Origin: Eledone cirrhosa
Lineage: Eukaryota
Length of the DNA stretch: 64,000 bases
Direction of reading: 5' to 3'
Assembly: GCA_964016885.1 (NCBI GenBank)
Contig: CAXHJY010000660.1
Coordinates: 20,521 to 84,520 of the forward strand
A program made the position numbers and the translations under genes. This document shows positions 12,470 through 25,147 of this stretch, in pieces (position 1 is the first letter of the stretch; the number at the start of each line of letters is the position of its first letter). The notes beneath the pieces were generated by a model. The model was not told the DNA's origin. It saw only the letters and a list, made by a program, of their open reading frames with translations, and did not search any database.

Positions 12470-12720
12470 CGTGGTTGGCGTGTTGAACTTAGGCTCATAA
12501 TGCCGTGGGTTCGATTCTTGTACAGGATGGCATGTGTTCTTGAGCAAAATACTTTTTTACGTTGCTCCAGTACACTCATCTGAAAACAAGTACCAGCTTT
12601 AACTGGGAGTTTACCTTGTGATGGTCAGGCCAGGGGCAAGTTTTGTAATTCTGGTTGCTTAACGCCAAGGAAACCGGAATAAGCACCGGCCAGATGAGCC
12701 TCATGGCTTGAGACAGACTT
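12470..12720 (+). mobile_element. Old CORE-type SINE
   Basis: GGGTTCGATTC B-box, then CTTGAGCAAAATACTTT..GTTGCTCCAGT core. Confidence 0.6.
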
Positions 12721-13551
12721 TAATTATCAGCTGTTAGTGGATAAGATCGTCGTTTCTAAAGCTCTTACCCAGCAACGTTTCTACTTCTACTTAATGTTAA
12801 TGGAAGGTAAACTAATTTAATATCTCATTATTCTAAGATAGTAAAATACATAGATTTGTTTTAGTAGTACAAAGTGACATTGACACTATCGAGAAATGCT
12901 TGTACGTGTGCATGAATATTTTGATAGTTTTAGTCTGAAATCATGTTCCAACTTTGAAGGGAATCTTTTCTTAACAGTGCTTATGGTTATCTTTTACATA
13001 TTGTTGTTGAAACGAAGGTCATTTGTTTTACCGATGATCAAAAAAATTCCAACCGTGACCATTCCGTCTCTCTAGGGCCACGTAGCACAGATTACATCAG
13101 TGACTTTTTAAACATGCAGTTCTATGTGAGTTGATTAAAATCTAATTTTGTATATTAGAAATGTTGATTTACTAACGCTATTGTAGCGAATCTGTATTTG
13201 GATTTCAACATTTGTAATTTCAAATCATCTAAATTAATTTTGTTTAGTTCTAAATCTAATTTTGTGCAGTAAATTATGGTTAAAAGGTTTGTAAAAATCT
13301 CATAAAATATAAAAAATAGCTACCATTGTAAATGCTTCTCAGACTCGGAGAATATCAAACATTCGGCTATTAGCACCCACCTTAAAGATTAGTGCAGTAT
13401 AAAATGTCCTTGATTTGAGGGAAATTTGGTTGCTATTTCTAACAGATTGAACGACCACTAGAAGTTCGTTGGCTTGCAGTGATTGTCTTGGGTCATTTTG
13501 ACAAGTTATATTATTTATCCGAGAAGTGAAAGCCATCGTTATAGTTTAAAC

Positions 13552-13822
13552 CAGTTGTTCCCAACCTTTTGTGTACACCTCAACGTTTCAAAAATTATGA
13601 TCCCCTTTGAAATGAAAACACCGATTATCAACTGCAAAATTTATATAAAGTGGCGTATAGGTGGTGCCAGATGCACAATATGTGTGGAGGAGGTGAGATA
13701 GTTTCCGACAGTAATATGTACCAAAGTTGCTTTGGTGTAAAAACAATAAAGTAAAACCTAAAGTTTGTTTTCATTAACATCATTTTGAAATTGCCCCTCC
13801 CCGTGGGGTGTGCGCCTCACTG
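13552..13822. mobile_element. hAT-type MITE
   Basis: 8-bp target-site duplication GTTTAAAC at 13544-13551 and 13823-13830. Termini CAGTTGTTCCCAACC...CACTG. Confidence 0.8.
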
Positions 13823-14209
13823 GTTTAAACGTATCCTACCTAATTTTCTCATTGTTTATAAACCCGAAATTGTCTATCTGTAGCTTTTAAAATATATATT
13901 TTAAACAAAACCATGTACATATTGTGTCTATCTTTTGTCTTTAAAATATCTATTTAAAACAAAGCCAGGTTCACTGTTGTTTTACATTCAGTATACATAA
14001 TTTGCCGAATGTTCTCCCCCCGACTTTTAAGTATAATTATGCCCGCGGGGGAGGATTAAGTACAATAGAATCTTGTGTGAAGTGTGGGTGACAAAGAACC
14101 GGTTAACTTAGTATGTTGCAGTCATTACATTAAATTAACGAGTTTTGAATTTTCCCGCTTTCGTCGTAACAGTTGATTCATAAGGTTTATTGATTTAAAA
14201 AAATTCTTT

Positions 14210-14415
14210 TGCTGATTTCAGTCCTTAGACTACGATCATGCTGGAGCACCGCCATTGACAGATTTACTTGATTCTACGACTCCAGTACTTATTCTCTTAA
14301 TATCTGGTACTTATTTTATCGATCTTTTTTGTCGAGTCGCTAGGCCACAGAGCATAACCCCACCCCATATACATCTTACTCTTTAGCTTCTGAAATATTT
14401 AACCACACAGCCATG
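14210..14415 (-). mobile_element. Degenerate SINE of the CR1-tailed family
   Basis: TTTCAGTC..GGAGCACCGCC..GGTACTTATTTTATCGATC..AACCACACAGCCATG, as at 23350-23772. Confidence 0.6.
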
Positions 14416-14931
14416 CATTCTCCTAATGGGCACCTCCTACTACTTCGTTAAAAAGTACCTATCGTAAAATTTTGAAAGGTCTTATCTGGTTATATATTTT
14501 TCAAAGCCTGGACACCTCTTCGTTGATGTCATAGATAGAAATGATTAACTTTCTTAGATTTCATGTCCACAAATCTCGACGCCTCTCCTAGTTCTATATA
14601 TATATATGTGTCAATTACTGACTAAAGCTGGGTGAGATAGAGAGAGACTATGGGTATGTATGTGTGTGCGATAGTGAGTGAGAGTGTAAGATAGAGAGAT
14701 AGATATAGGGAGAGAGAGATAATCCACCCGCTTTCTTTCTTTCAACTTTTTAACACCTAAAAACTAGGTCGCAAATAAAATATTCAACAACCAATCCCTG
14801 CTTATTTTTTTTTAGCTGGATAATATTTTACATATAAATTTGAAAAGGGAAACACCGTTTTTTTTCCTCTCTTTTCTTGATTGATTTGTCTTTTTATTTT
14901 TATTCTTACGTCTTTTGTTATTTGAGATTAC

Positions 14932-15048
14932 CTAACGGCTTAAAGCAGACGTGGGTTGTCTTTGTTTGGCAGGTGATGATGATGATGATGATGTCGTCGT
15001 CGTTGGTGGAGGTGGTGAAATGGGGGTTGTCCCATTCAAGTGTGACAT
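14932..15048 (-). other. Candidate first exon or short upstream ORF of a minus-strand transcript
   Basis: Non-repeat sequence. AAAATG start encodes MSHLNGTTPISPPPPTTTTSSSSSSPAKQRQPTSALSR*, with the TAG abutting a GTAATC donor. Confidence 0.25.
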
Positions 15049-15744
15049 TTTATATGTAAATGTTACCAGGTTAATAATAAAAGGAATCTCGCTGTTGATT
15101 GACCAAACATTCAAACCAACCTCCCACTAGTCCCAACTTGTTGCTTGCTGCTACTGATGTTGTTCTTTCGCTGATTTATTGTTATAAAACCAACCTGGAT
15201 ATCAGCACTTTTTGAAAAAGTAAATTGAAGTAGAGTGAAGTTATTTATTTATTACACTTGAGAATATTGGATTTTACCAGACATGGCACAGCAATTTATA
15301 TAACAGCAACATATTTACCAATACTAAAGTTATTGGTTCAAAACTAACTACTATCGAGAGTACCTTATTATATATATATATATAATAACTGCACCTATAT
15401 AAAGTTATTTCCGCCTATCTGTCCAACATGAAGACTGTTTTTATGAATGTATTCATTTGTGGTTCGGAACGTAAAACGCCACGAGTTTCATCTAAGGCAC
15501 CCCAGGTGAATATATCATTTCAAGATTTCTTATGCAATGGGTTTACTCCACCTCCCTTTTTTATTTTTTGTAATATTCATCTTACAGCACTAGTTAATTT
15601 TGATATTTCTAGTCACTCATTAGCTTATCCTCTCCATCCCATTTACTAATTATTATTAGTAGTAGTGATATATCTCTGCAAATGACGAAGGCATTGAGGG
15701 GTTGTAAACCAAGCACAAACTACTGCAATAATTATTTAGGATGC

Positions 15745-16420
15745 TTTCTGTCTGTGTCTTTTTCCGTCTCTCTTTCTGTCTTTCTCTCTTTCTTTGTGTC
15801 TCTCTCTCTTTCTTTCCGTGTCACTCTCTCTTTCTTTCCGTGTCACTCTCTCTCTTTCTTTCCGTGTCACTCTCTCTCTTTCTTTCCGTGTCACTCTCTC
15901 TCTTTCTTTCCGTGTCACTCTCTCTCTCTTTCCGTGTCACTCTCTCTCTCTCTTTCCGTGTCACTCTCTCTCTCTTTCTTTCCGTGTCACTCTCTCTCTC
16001 TTTCTTTCCGTGTCACTCTCTCTCTCTCTCTTTCTTTCCGTATCACTCTCTCTCTCTTTCTTTCCGCCTGTGTCACTCTCTCTATCTTCTCTTTCTGTCT
16101 GTCTGTCTGTCACTTTCTTTCCGCCTGTCTCATTCTTTTTCTCTATCTTCTCTTTCTGTCTGTCTCACTCTCTCCGCCTCTCCTTCGTTGTCTGCTTAAC
16201 TTTTTCACTCTCTGTCTGTCTCACTCTCTCCGCCTCTCCTTCGTTGTCTGCTTAACTTTCTCACTCTCTGTCTGTCTCACTCTCTCCCACTCTCTCCCAC
16301 TCTCTCCGCCTCTCCTTCGTTGTCTGCTTAACTTTCTCACTTTCTGTCTGTCTCACTCTCTCCTTCGTTGTCTGCTTAACTTTCTCACTCTCTGTCTGTC
16401 TCTCTCTCTGTCTGTCACGC
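15745..16420. repeat. CT-rich compound minisatellite (TTTCCGTGTCAC(TC)n units, then longer CTCCTTCGTTGTCTGCTTAAC units)
   Basis: Directly visible tandem units. Confidence 0.9.
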
Positions 16421-16875
16421 CCCCTCTCCATCCCCAGTCCCCCAACCCCCTCTCGATCCCCAGTCCCCCACACAACCATAAGAGCACGCTAATACACAAT
16501 TTAATTGTAAATATTTTTGTATAATTTATTAGCTACAACCTGTCCATTACCCTCTCTGTAGAAGTAAACATTATTTTAAGATCTTTATATTCAAGTTTAT
16601 TTAACAAAATCTTGTAAGTTATTAGACAATAATTTCGGATTTAGCTTCAGAAATTCCTGTTAATCGAAACAGGAGAGAAATTATTTTCTTATAAGCTGCC
16701 TCCTCTAAACAATTAGAACTACAAACCTTTTCAGTTTAAAGGAGTGTAATATTTATTTGACGATTGACAAATAGTTTCACCACTCAGCTCTTAATTAAGC
16801 ATATTTTTTGGTAATAATTATGTTGCACTTTCATTTTGTCTGAAATAGGATTGTTATATATAAACACACATACAC

Positions 16876-17010
16876 GACTTCTACAGGACTAGAACTGTTT
16901 CATTCGTATGAAATCATCAGTGTTGTAGAAGTCATTTATATATATAATATATATATATATAGTTAAGATGCATACACTCTACCAATCTATTGAGTACCCT
17001 TTTTTTTACT
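16876..17010 (-). mobile_element. Penelope-like terminal-repeat remnant with hammerhead motif
   Basis: Minus strand reads CTGATGA-TTTCATACGAAT-GAAA-CAG(TTCTAGTC)CTG-TA. Downstream sequence is shared with 17383-17570. Confidence 0.6.
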
Positions 17011-17382
17011 CCCCCCCCCCCTCCCCCGCAACATGGAATCTCCCTCTTTCGCTCTCTCTCATTTATACATACACACACACATATATATATATGTATGTGT
17101 GTGTAGCAATCCTATATGTTATAGTTGTGGGTGCAAACGAAATAAAATATCAACACATCCTGTGGAATTTGAGAATCTATAACAGGCATGGACAACCCTT
17201 TTCGGCAGTGGGTTGCATAGGATGTGGTAAATCATAAATCGCATCGGACTACTAAAAAAACTCAAGGCCTAATTTTGAAATTAGGCATGCCATTCAGAAA
17301 GCCTAGCGGGTGCAGTTTTATATAACGCTTAACTTCGTGTTTTCGTCTTGAAACTGTTATATATATATATATATATATATAT

Positions 17383-17570
17383 GATTTCAACAGGACTAGA
17401 ACTGTCTCATTTGTATGAAATCATCATTCCTGATGATTACATACGAATGAAACGGTTCCATTCCTGTCGAAGTCATTTCTATATATAAATATATAATAAA
17501 CATGCCTATACGCTACCACTGTCTTGAGTACCTTTTTTAACTGTGGTTACTCCCGACACAACTCGGGAAC
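17383..17570. mobile_element. Penelope-like remnant: inverted pair of degenerate hammerhead motifs
   Basis: 17383-17426 is the imperfect reverse complement of 17431-17474. Plus arm: TTC-CTGATGA...GAAAC-GG...CT-GTC-GAA. Confidence 0.62.
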
Positions 17571-17844
17571 ACGCACACAAATCAGTGTAATACGACTCTG
17601 ATATATACACTCTGCATTGAGTGGTGCACACATTGATACCGCCTCCAGTAATCAACAAGACTACTGAACAACCTAAATTAATGGGTGTGGGCTGTAAATT
17701 TCATTTTTCAATGCTATCATATACCTAACATCTAAAATATCTTAATCATTGTCAGTCATGCTAAATCATTTCAAGAAGCATGTCTCAACTATTTTGTTTT
17801 CAGCTTAGTATATTTTATTATTGTGAACAATAAATAAAAATTGT

Positions 17845-18130
17845 TTCTACATTTGGCATAAGCCCAAGAATGTGAAAAGAAGGAGGAATCGATTAAATCG
17901 ACCTCAGTACGTTACTGGCAGTTTATTTTATCGACCCCGTAAGGATGAAAATAGATAAATAGTTTCTGAATTAGACTCAAGGCCAGCAGTTTTGAGGGAG
18001 GTGAAAGTCGATCAAATCGACCCCAATGCGTTATTGGTACTTTATTTTATCGCCCCCGTAAGGATAAAAGGCAAAGCTAACGGCCGGCCGGGTTTGAACT
18101 CTTCACTATTTTACTGATTCTCAGCAACTT
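17845..18130 (-). mobile_element. Two tandem partial SINEs of the GCCTTTCATCC..GGGGTCGATAAAAT family (MetaSINE-like)
   Basis: TTTTATCGACCCCGTAAGGATGAAA-like motif occurs twice. Same family at 20220, 22410, 26330, 31745 and 35395. Confidence 0.7.
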
Positions 18131-18312
18131 CAAAATCCTACGTAAACGAGGTGCTAAAATATTTTCGTTATAGAGGTGAAATGTTTAATTCTTATTGTTT
18201 TTAATGTGTTGAATGAATCTGGGCTTCAAGACGGTTGGAAATTGGTTAAAAAAAAAAAAAAAAAAAAAATCATTATTTAATGAAGTTGTGAAACAAAAAC
18301 TATATTTTAAAT

Positions 18313-18498
18313 TAAACATGTCAAACTTAGAGTTCCCCGAGGGCCACATGGGTCACATATGTGTTGTCTGAGGGCCACATGACAACTAATTGCTCACATT
18401 ACAACTAATTTTATGAAGATAAAACATGCTCGTGCTGTAAAAACCTTTTGTGCGGGCCGCAGGTGTGCTTGTAAAGAGCCGCATGCTTGACATGCTTG
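18313..18498. mobile_element. hAT-type MITE, degenerate
   Basis: CATGTCAAAC...TTGACATGCTTG inverted termini and internal GGGCCACA/GGGCCGCA subterminal motifs. Confidence 0.6.
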
Positions 18499-19084
18499 CT
18501 CTAAATCACACAAAACATTTTAAATGTTAAAACTTCCATAAATATATTTTGTACTCCTGAGAATTCAAATCATCCCATCTAAACATTGTGTTGATTGCCT
18601 GCTTTGGATTATAAACGGGGTTTGGATTTTTGGCTATTTCTTAGACATAAAATAGATGGTCAGCTTATATTCAGATTGGCATATATTCGTGTATATATGG
18701 TAAATACCTTCAATGCTATTGCTGCCATTATTGATGGCATGGACTCACTAGTTGTGAATAAAAAAAAAAAATCTTTTTATTTGAAGCTTAATAAATGGAA
18801 GAATTTTAAGGTCATCTGGTTGAGAGATTTACATGATGAGATAGAATGAATGGTTTGTGAAGTTGTTTTTAGAAAATATTGTTTATGATCACAGGATTTA
18901 TTGATATTCAATATAATGACACCAGGTTTAAAGTAATAATCACTGGAGCGAACACTCTTCCAACATGTATTTAAATTTAATATTCCTCCAATACTTCAAA
19001 GTTGTTTTACTGATAGAATTTTTTCATACTTTAGTTAGATTTTATTGATCACTTATTTCAATTGACTTTCTTGTTGTTTTGGCG

Positions 19085-19520
19085 ATCATCATCATCATTT
19101 TACACCCGTTTTCCAAGACAAGTTGGATAACCAGGCTTTGCTCATATGTTCCATATTTTGGCATGTTTTCAACGGTTGGTTGCCCAATTCTAATGCTATC
19201 TACTTTAGAGAGTACTGGGTACAATTTATTGTGGAACCTTCACCATCACTACAGTATGTTCTAGGTGTATTTTAATTGTTGCATTAGCACCACCACTTTA
19301 CTGAATGTACTGTGTGTGCTTTATCGTAGCACCAGCACAACTACCACCACTTTAGAGTGTATCCTGGGTGTATTTTATTGTATCACCATCACCACTTTAC
19401 TGAGTGTTCCGGGTGTATTTTATCTTAGCACCATTTTACAGAGTGTCATGTATATTTTGTTGTGGCATAAACACCACTTTACAGAGTATCCAGGGTGTGT
19501 TATAGTGGCACCAGCACGGA
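19085..19520 (-). repeat. Old RTE-type 3' end with tandemly amplified ~40-50-bp UTR module
   Basis: CATCATCAT tail followed by repeated ACCACTTTAC.GAGTGT.CTGGGTG units resembling the RTE-B 3' UTR. Confidence 0.6.
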
Positions 19521-20219
19521 GCTGGATCAGATGCTACACTATCCTTAAAAGGATGAAAGGCATAGTTGGTTTTGGTGGGATTTGAACTCAGAACACAGAC
19601 CTGAACTGTTTAGTTGGACGTGCTAGCGATTTTGCCAATTTATGGCCATTCATCATCTTACTTTCATTTAACTCATACCATCCTCTAATGATGTAACAGA
19701 AAATATAAAAAAAAAAAACCAGATTTAATTCAAATGTTCATAGTATCTTTACTAGTGGACATATTGTTGGGAACATTTCCAATATTAGAATAAAAACTTT
19801 AATATTTACCATGATGCAGTCATAGTACTGTTATGTAATTTTCAAGAATGTCTTAATGTGGTTTCGTGTGGTACAGGTTGTTGATTTTTTTTTTCTTCTA
19901 TGGTACTTTCTTACAAGTGTGAACTGTTAACACACCTACTGTATGAATGGAAACCTGCTACTACATGTACTTCTAGTAAAACTTTTTATGGCTTCACTCA
20001 CTTTCAAATATCGAGGGTGTTATTGATGATGTGCTATTTACTTGTAGCTTAGAATATGTGTAGTGTCTTTGAAATAACTGTATTGGAAAGTTTAGATACT
20101 TGTATAGATTTTATATCAATTAAAGAATTATTGAATTTTTAAAAGTAAAAATAATTGACCTTGTCTGTTCATTCAAGTTGTAAGACTGTAAATATTCTTC
20201 ATTAATATAATTCTAATAA

Positions 20220-20402
20220 TTAATTGTTTCTACTTTTGGCACAAGGCCAGCAATTACCCAGTGCATTACTGGTACTTTATTTTATCGACCCCGTAAGGAT
20301 GAAAGGCAAAGTTAGCCTCAGCGGGATTTGAACTCAGGATGGCAAGGACCGTAACTCTTTGCGTCAAAGCATGGCGACCGACTCTCTACCGATACTGCCA
20401 AT
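20220..20402 (-). mobile_element. MetaSINE-like tRNA-derived SINE
   Basis: GGCACAAGGCCAGCAAT...TTTATCGACCCCGTAAGGATGAAAGGCAAAG...GGATTTGAACTCAG. Confidence 0.8.
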
Positions 20403-20606
20403 TAATATTATGAATTATTAATGTATTAACTTAAGTATTGGGTCACTGTTTGATGAGGCTTGTTTTTTTAGACTGATATCATTTTCTTTTGAAGAGGTCA
20501 TTTAACATGTAAAAAAATTACAAGGAAATGTTTTCTAAAGCTGTCATTTGTTCTCTGTAGTTCTAGTTAACTTCAGTTAACAGGACAATGTGTGTAGTGT
20601 TATGTC

Positions 20607-22108
20607 ATTCATGTTAACTGAAGTTGTCATGTACACTGTAGATCTGGTTAACACTACACACTGTCATGGTAACTGAAGTCATGCTATGTACACTGTAGAT
20701 CTGGTTAACACTACACACTGTCATGTTAACTGAAGTTATGTCATGTACACTGTAGATCTGGTTAACACTACACACTGTCATGTTAACTGAAGTCATGCTA
20801 TGTACACTGTAGATCTGGTTAACACTACACACTGTCATGTTAACTGAAGTCATGCTATGTACACTGTAGATCTGGTTAACACTACACACTGTCATGTTAA
20901 CTGAAGTCATGCTATGTACACTAGATCTGGTTAACACTACACACTGTCGTGTTAACTGAAGTCATGTTATGTACACTGTAGATCTGGTTAACACTACACA
21001 CTGTCATGTTAACTGAAGTCATGCTATGTACACTGTAGATCTGGTTAACACTACACACTGTCATGTTAACTGAAGTCATGCTATGTACACTAGATCTGGT
21101 TAACACTACACACTGTCGTGTTAACTGAAGTCATGTTATGTACACTGTAGATCTGGTTAACACTACACACTGTCATGTTAACTGAAGTCATGTTATGTAC
21201 ACTGTAGATCTGGTTAACACTACACACTGTCATGTTAACTGAAGTCATGTTATGTACACTGTAGATCTGGTTAACACTACACACTGTCATGTTAACTGAA
21301 GTCATGTTATGTACACTGTAGATCTGGTTAACACTACACACTGTCATGTTAACTGAAGTCATGCTATGTACACTGTAGATCTGGTTAACACTACACACTG
21401 TCATGTTAACTGAAGTCATGCTATGTACACTGTAGATCTGGTTAACACTACACACTGTCATGTTAACTGAAGTCATGCTATGTACACTGTAGATCTGGTT
21501 AACACTACACACTGTCATGTTAACTGAAGTCATGTTATGTACACTGTAGATCTGGTTAACACTACACACTGTCATGTTAACTGAAGTCATGCTATGTACA
21601 CTGTAGATCTGGTTAACACTACACTCTGTCGTGTTAACTGAAGTCATGTTATGTACACTGTAGATCTGGTTAACACTACACACTGTCATGTTAACTGAAG
21701 TCATGTTATGTACACTGTAGATCTGGTTAACACTACACACTGTCATGTTAACTGAAGTCATGCTATGTACACTGTAGATCTGGTTAACACTACACACTGT
21801 CATGTTAACTGAAGTCATGCTATGTACACTGTAGATCTGGTTAACACTACACACTGTCATGTTAACTGAAGTCATGCTATGTACACTGTAGATCTGGTTA
21901 ACACTACACACTGTCATGTTAACTGAAGTCATGTTATGTACACTGTAGATCTGGTTAACACTACACACTGTCATGTTAACTGAAGTCATGCTATGTACAC
22001 TGTAGATCTGGTTAACACTACACACTGTCATGTTAACTGAAGTCATGCTATGTACACTGTAGATCTGGTTAACACTACACACGTTAACTGAAGTCATGCT
22101 ATGTACAC
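20607..22108. repeat. 57-bp tandem satellite, ~26 highly similar copies
   Basis: Unit TGTACACTGTAGATCTGGTTAACACTACACACTGTCATGTTAACTGAAGTCATGYTA. Confidence 0.97.
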
Positions 22109-22409
22109 TTAAATAATTTCTTTTCAAAGACAATATTTTGAAGATATCTATGATTAAGTAGTTTTTGTTTTTGTTGCCTCATTTCCATAATAACCTCTAC
22201 TGTAGGAAGCAAGGAACAAAAACCAAGAAACTTTGTATGACTAAATATGAATATAATCAGTTACATATTAACTCCTATCTTTTATGAAAACATTTTAACT
22301 CTTTACATAGCAACCCATCTGGAACTGGCTGTAGTTTAATAAATACAAAACCTCAAATTTGTAAAGTGCTCATTGTTTCAATTAAGACTTGCAATTAAAT
22401 CTTAATAAT

Positions 22410-22615
22410 TCTAACATTGGCACAAGGCCAGCAATATGGGTGAAGGGGCAAGTCGAATATATTGACCCCAGTATTTAATTGGTACTTTATTTAATAAACC
22501 CCAGAAGGATGAAAGACAAAGTTGACTTTGGGAAGATTTGGACTCAGAATGTAGAAAACTATAATAAATACACAAAAACATTTCCCCCGACTCTACTAAT
22601 ACTTCCAATCCACCA
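22410..22615 (-). mobile_element. MetaSINE-like SINE, degenerate
   Basis: Same motifs as 20220-20402. Confidence 0.65.
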
Positions 22616-23349
22616 CCCACAATCTTAATACTGAAAAGGTAATTTATTTTGCAGATCCTTTAAGATTCTTTATTTTCAAAATCCATTGATGCATGTATAG
22701 TGTACTTTATGTGAAATAAATAACAAAAGCATTAAAGGATTTCTTAGTGTGACAAATGTCATAGATACTGCAACTGTCAAACTCTAAAAAAAAACTTTGC
22801 TGGTTTTAATTTTCTTTGTAGTTTTCTCTTATAAGGGTTAAATAGACCCTCAGATGTGAATATTTGCATTTATTTTATTGTGGCACCAATGTCACCACTT
22901 TTCAGGGTATACTGGGTGCTTTTTATCATTGCGCTAGCACTAGAGAGGTTGTTATATCCTCTTTAGAGCTAAAAAAGGATTATCAACCCAATGCTGAGTA
23001 CACTGGGTGATTTTCATTGCAACACCAACACCAATGATTTCGTGTAGAACGTCTGTATATACGTGCGTATTTATAACTCCAGACCAACCCTCATTGAGCT
23101 ATCAGATGATCAAAAGTATTCCACTTATGACCATTCTTTCCATTCAGACATAGTGTATCCCTATGACCCAAGATATATTCCATTTTTAAGTCAGTAGGGT
23201 GTGATTTGAGGGAAGTTTAGTAACTATTTTTAGCACGATGTTGACCCATCCTTAAGTAGATATTACTAGATATTATGGCACAAACCCTAAATCAACCTTA
23301 TAGCCTAATAATTCATACTTTAATAACGAGTCTGTATCATCACTTATAT

Positions 23350-23772
23350 ATTTATATTCTTTAACTGGTTTCAGTCATTAGACTTTGTCCATTCTGGGGC
23401 ACCGCCTTCAGGAGAATTTAGTCTTTTACTTGTTTCAGTCATTAGATTGTGGTCCTGATGGGACACTGCCTTCTTTTAACTGCGGCTATACTGGGGTACT
23501 GCCTGAAAGTAATTTAATCGATCATATCCAACCCCAATACTTATATTCAAGTCTGGTATTTATTTTATCAATTTCTTTTTGTCGAACTACTAAGTTACGG
23601 TACATAAACACACACAAACACATCTTACGCATACCAAAATTTCACTACTAAAGCATTCGTCAACTTAGTTATAGTTGAAGGCACTTGCCCAAGTTACCGC
23701 ATAGTGGGACTGAACCCAGAACCTGCGTGGTTGCGAAGGGAACTCCTTAACCACACAGCCATGTCTGCGCCT
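23350..23772 (-). mobile_element. tRNA-derived SINE with CR1-type 3' tail
   Basis: Minus head GGCGCAGACATGGCTGTGTGGTTAAG...GGGTTCAGTCCCAC...CTTGGGCAAGTG; tail GGCGGTGCCCCAG...TGACTGAAAC. Confidence 0.8.
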
Positions 23773-24119
23773 ATGCTATAAAATCCCACATTCACCCCTG
23801 CCGCCACACACACAAACAAACAAACAAACGAAACTAACTAGCTTTAATTACAAACTAGGATTAAAGAATATGTTAAAGTATGGTGATTTAATTAATCAAA
23901 CTTCATTACATGATTTAAAAAAAAAGAAAAATTAACTGTGATCAAATATTTGATGGGGTTGAAACTGTTCTTTCGTAGCTATGTTTTCAGTCTCGTTAAA
24001 AGAAAACAAAATTGTCTTTATATTTTTGAATAGTTGAACTATAGATTCCAATAACATTTTATTAATAAAAAAAAAAAAAAATTGTAAATCTATTTCAAAC
24101 AACAACACTACATATATTT

Positions 24120-24552
24120 AAAAACGGAGAATGAAGGGAAAGACAAGGGCTCTAGGGTCACAGAAGAATGCGAGGGTAGAGGGCGGTGGGCTCTGGGCTT
24201 AGGGAGCGACGGTGATGGGGCTGCGCCTTGCGGACAAGACCGCAAATTGTAAGTGGTGTGTATACAGACACGTAAACACAGACAGACACACACACAGGCA
24301 GTGAGTGGAAGAAGGAGAGAGAGAGAGAGACACACATGTATATACATGTGCTTATATGTTGGGTAGGTTGACTCTATTCACTGTTCCTATTTCGGTTTAG
24401 TTTTTTTTTTCTCACACTAAATACGATCGGCTGTCAAGCATGGGAATTACAGTTGCTTTTGTATCTTTGCTTTATTGTCGTTGTTGTAACTGTTGTGCGT
24501 GAACGTAACATTTGCTTTGCTCTCTTTGTTACCAAAAATATTTTCATATTTA

Positions 24553-24623
<71 letters not shown>

Positions 24624-24930
24624 CGTGTGCAATCTAGTTTGAAAATATTTTTATTAATGATCAAGTTAAATATAAATTAAATATAAACCTAAATATATTT
24701 ATACACGTAAAATACGACGGGAAATGTGATAGAACCACCTACGTGAATCGAATTATGTATCTATTGTGTGTGTGTGAAGGTGTGTTCCATGTACAGGTGT
24801 TAACTCAATGAGCACTCAATGTATGAGTGCAGAGTATAAGGTTTACACAGTCTGGTTGGGAAAAATGGGGTTCGAAGTTTCAGCTTTGATGTCTCGTGTT
24901 GTGTGTATGCGCGCAGCAGCAGCAGCAGGT
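24120..24930 (+). promoter_or_regulatory. Candidate promoter or 5'-exon region
   Basis: Locally GC/CpG-rich non-repeat sequence with a GGGCGG box at 24181, a GTAAGT donor at 24249 and (CAG)n followed by GTAC at 24929. Confidence 0.3.
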
Positions 24931-24967
24931 ACATAGAAATCTAAAAATCTAGTAGAGAAGTAATATA

Positions 24968-25142
24968 CAGTGAAATTCCGTTATAACGAAATTCATGGGG
25001 TATAAAAAGAAATTTGTTGTAACGAAAAATTATTTATAACGAGATTGACCTAACACATCTAGAGTGTGGCCAAGGATTGAAAAATTATTTGTTATACTGA
25101 AAAATTGTTATAATGGTATACGTTATAACAGAATTTTAGCTG
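24968..25142. mobile_element. Tigger/pogo-like MITE
   Basis: TA-CAGTGAAATTCCGTTATAACG...CGTTATAACAGAATTTTAGCTG inverted termini with internal TATAAC repeats. Confidence 0.75.
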
Positions 25143-25147
25143 TTTTA

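Noticed and set aside
15682-16524. Ser/Leu-rich and Arg/Glu-rich ORFs (also 36466-36799)
   Set aside because: CT-repeat artefacts.
20607-22133. 347-aa ORF and CRISPR-like appearance of the 57-bp array
   Set aside because: There are no unique spacers or cas genes. The ORF is a by-product of a stop-free 57-bp unit and is broken by 2-bp deletions.
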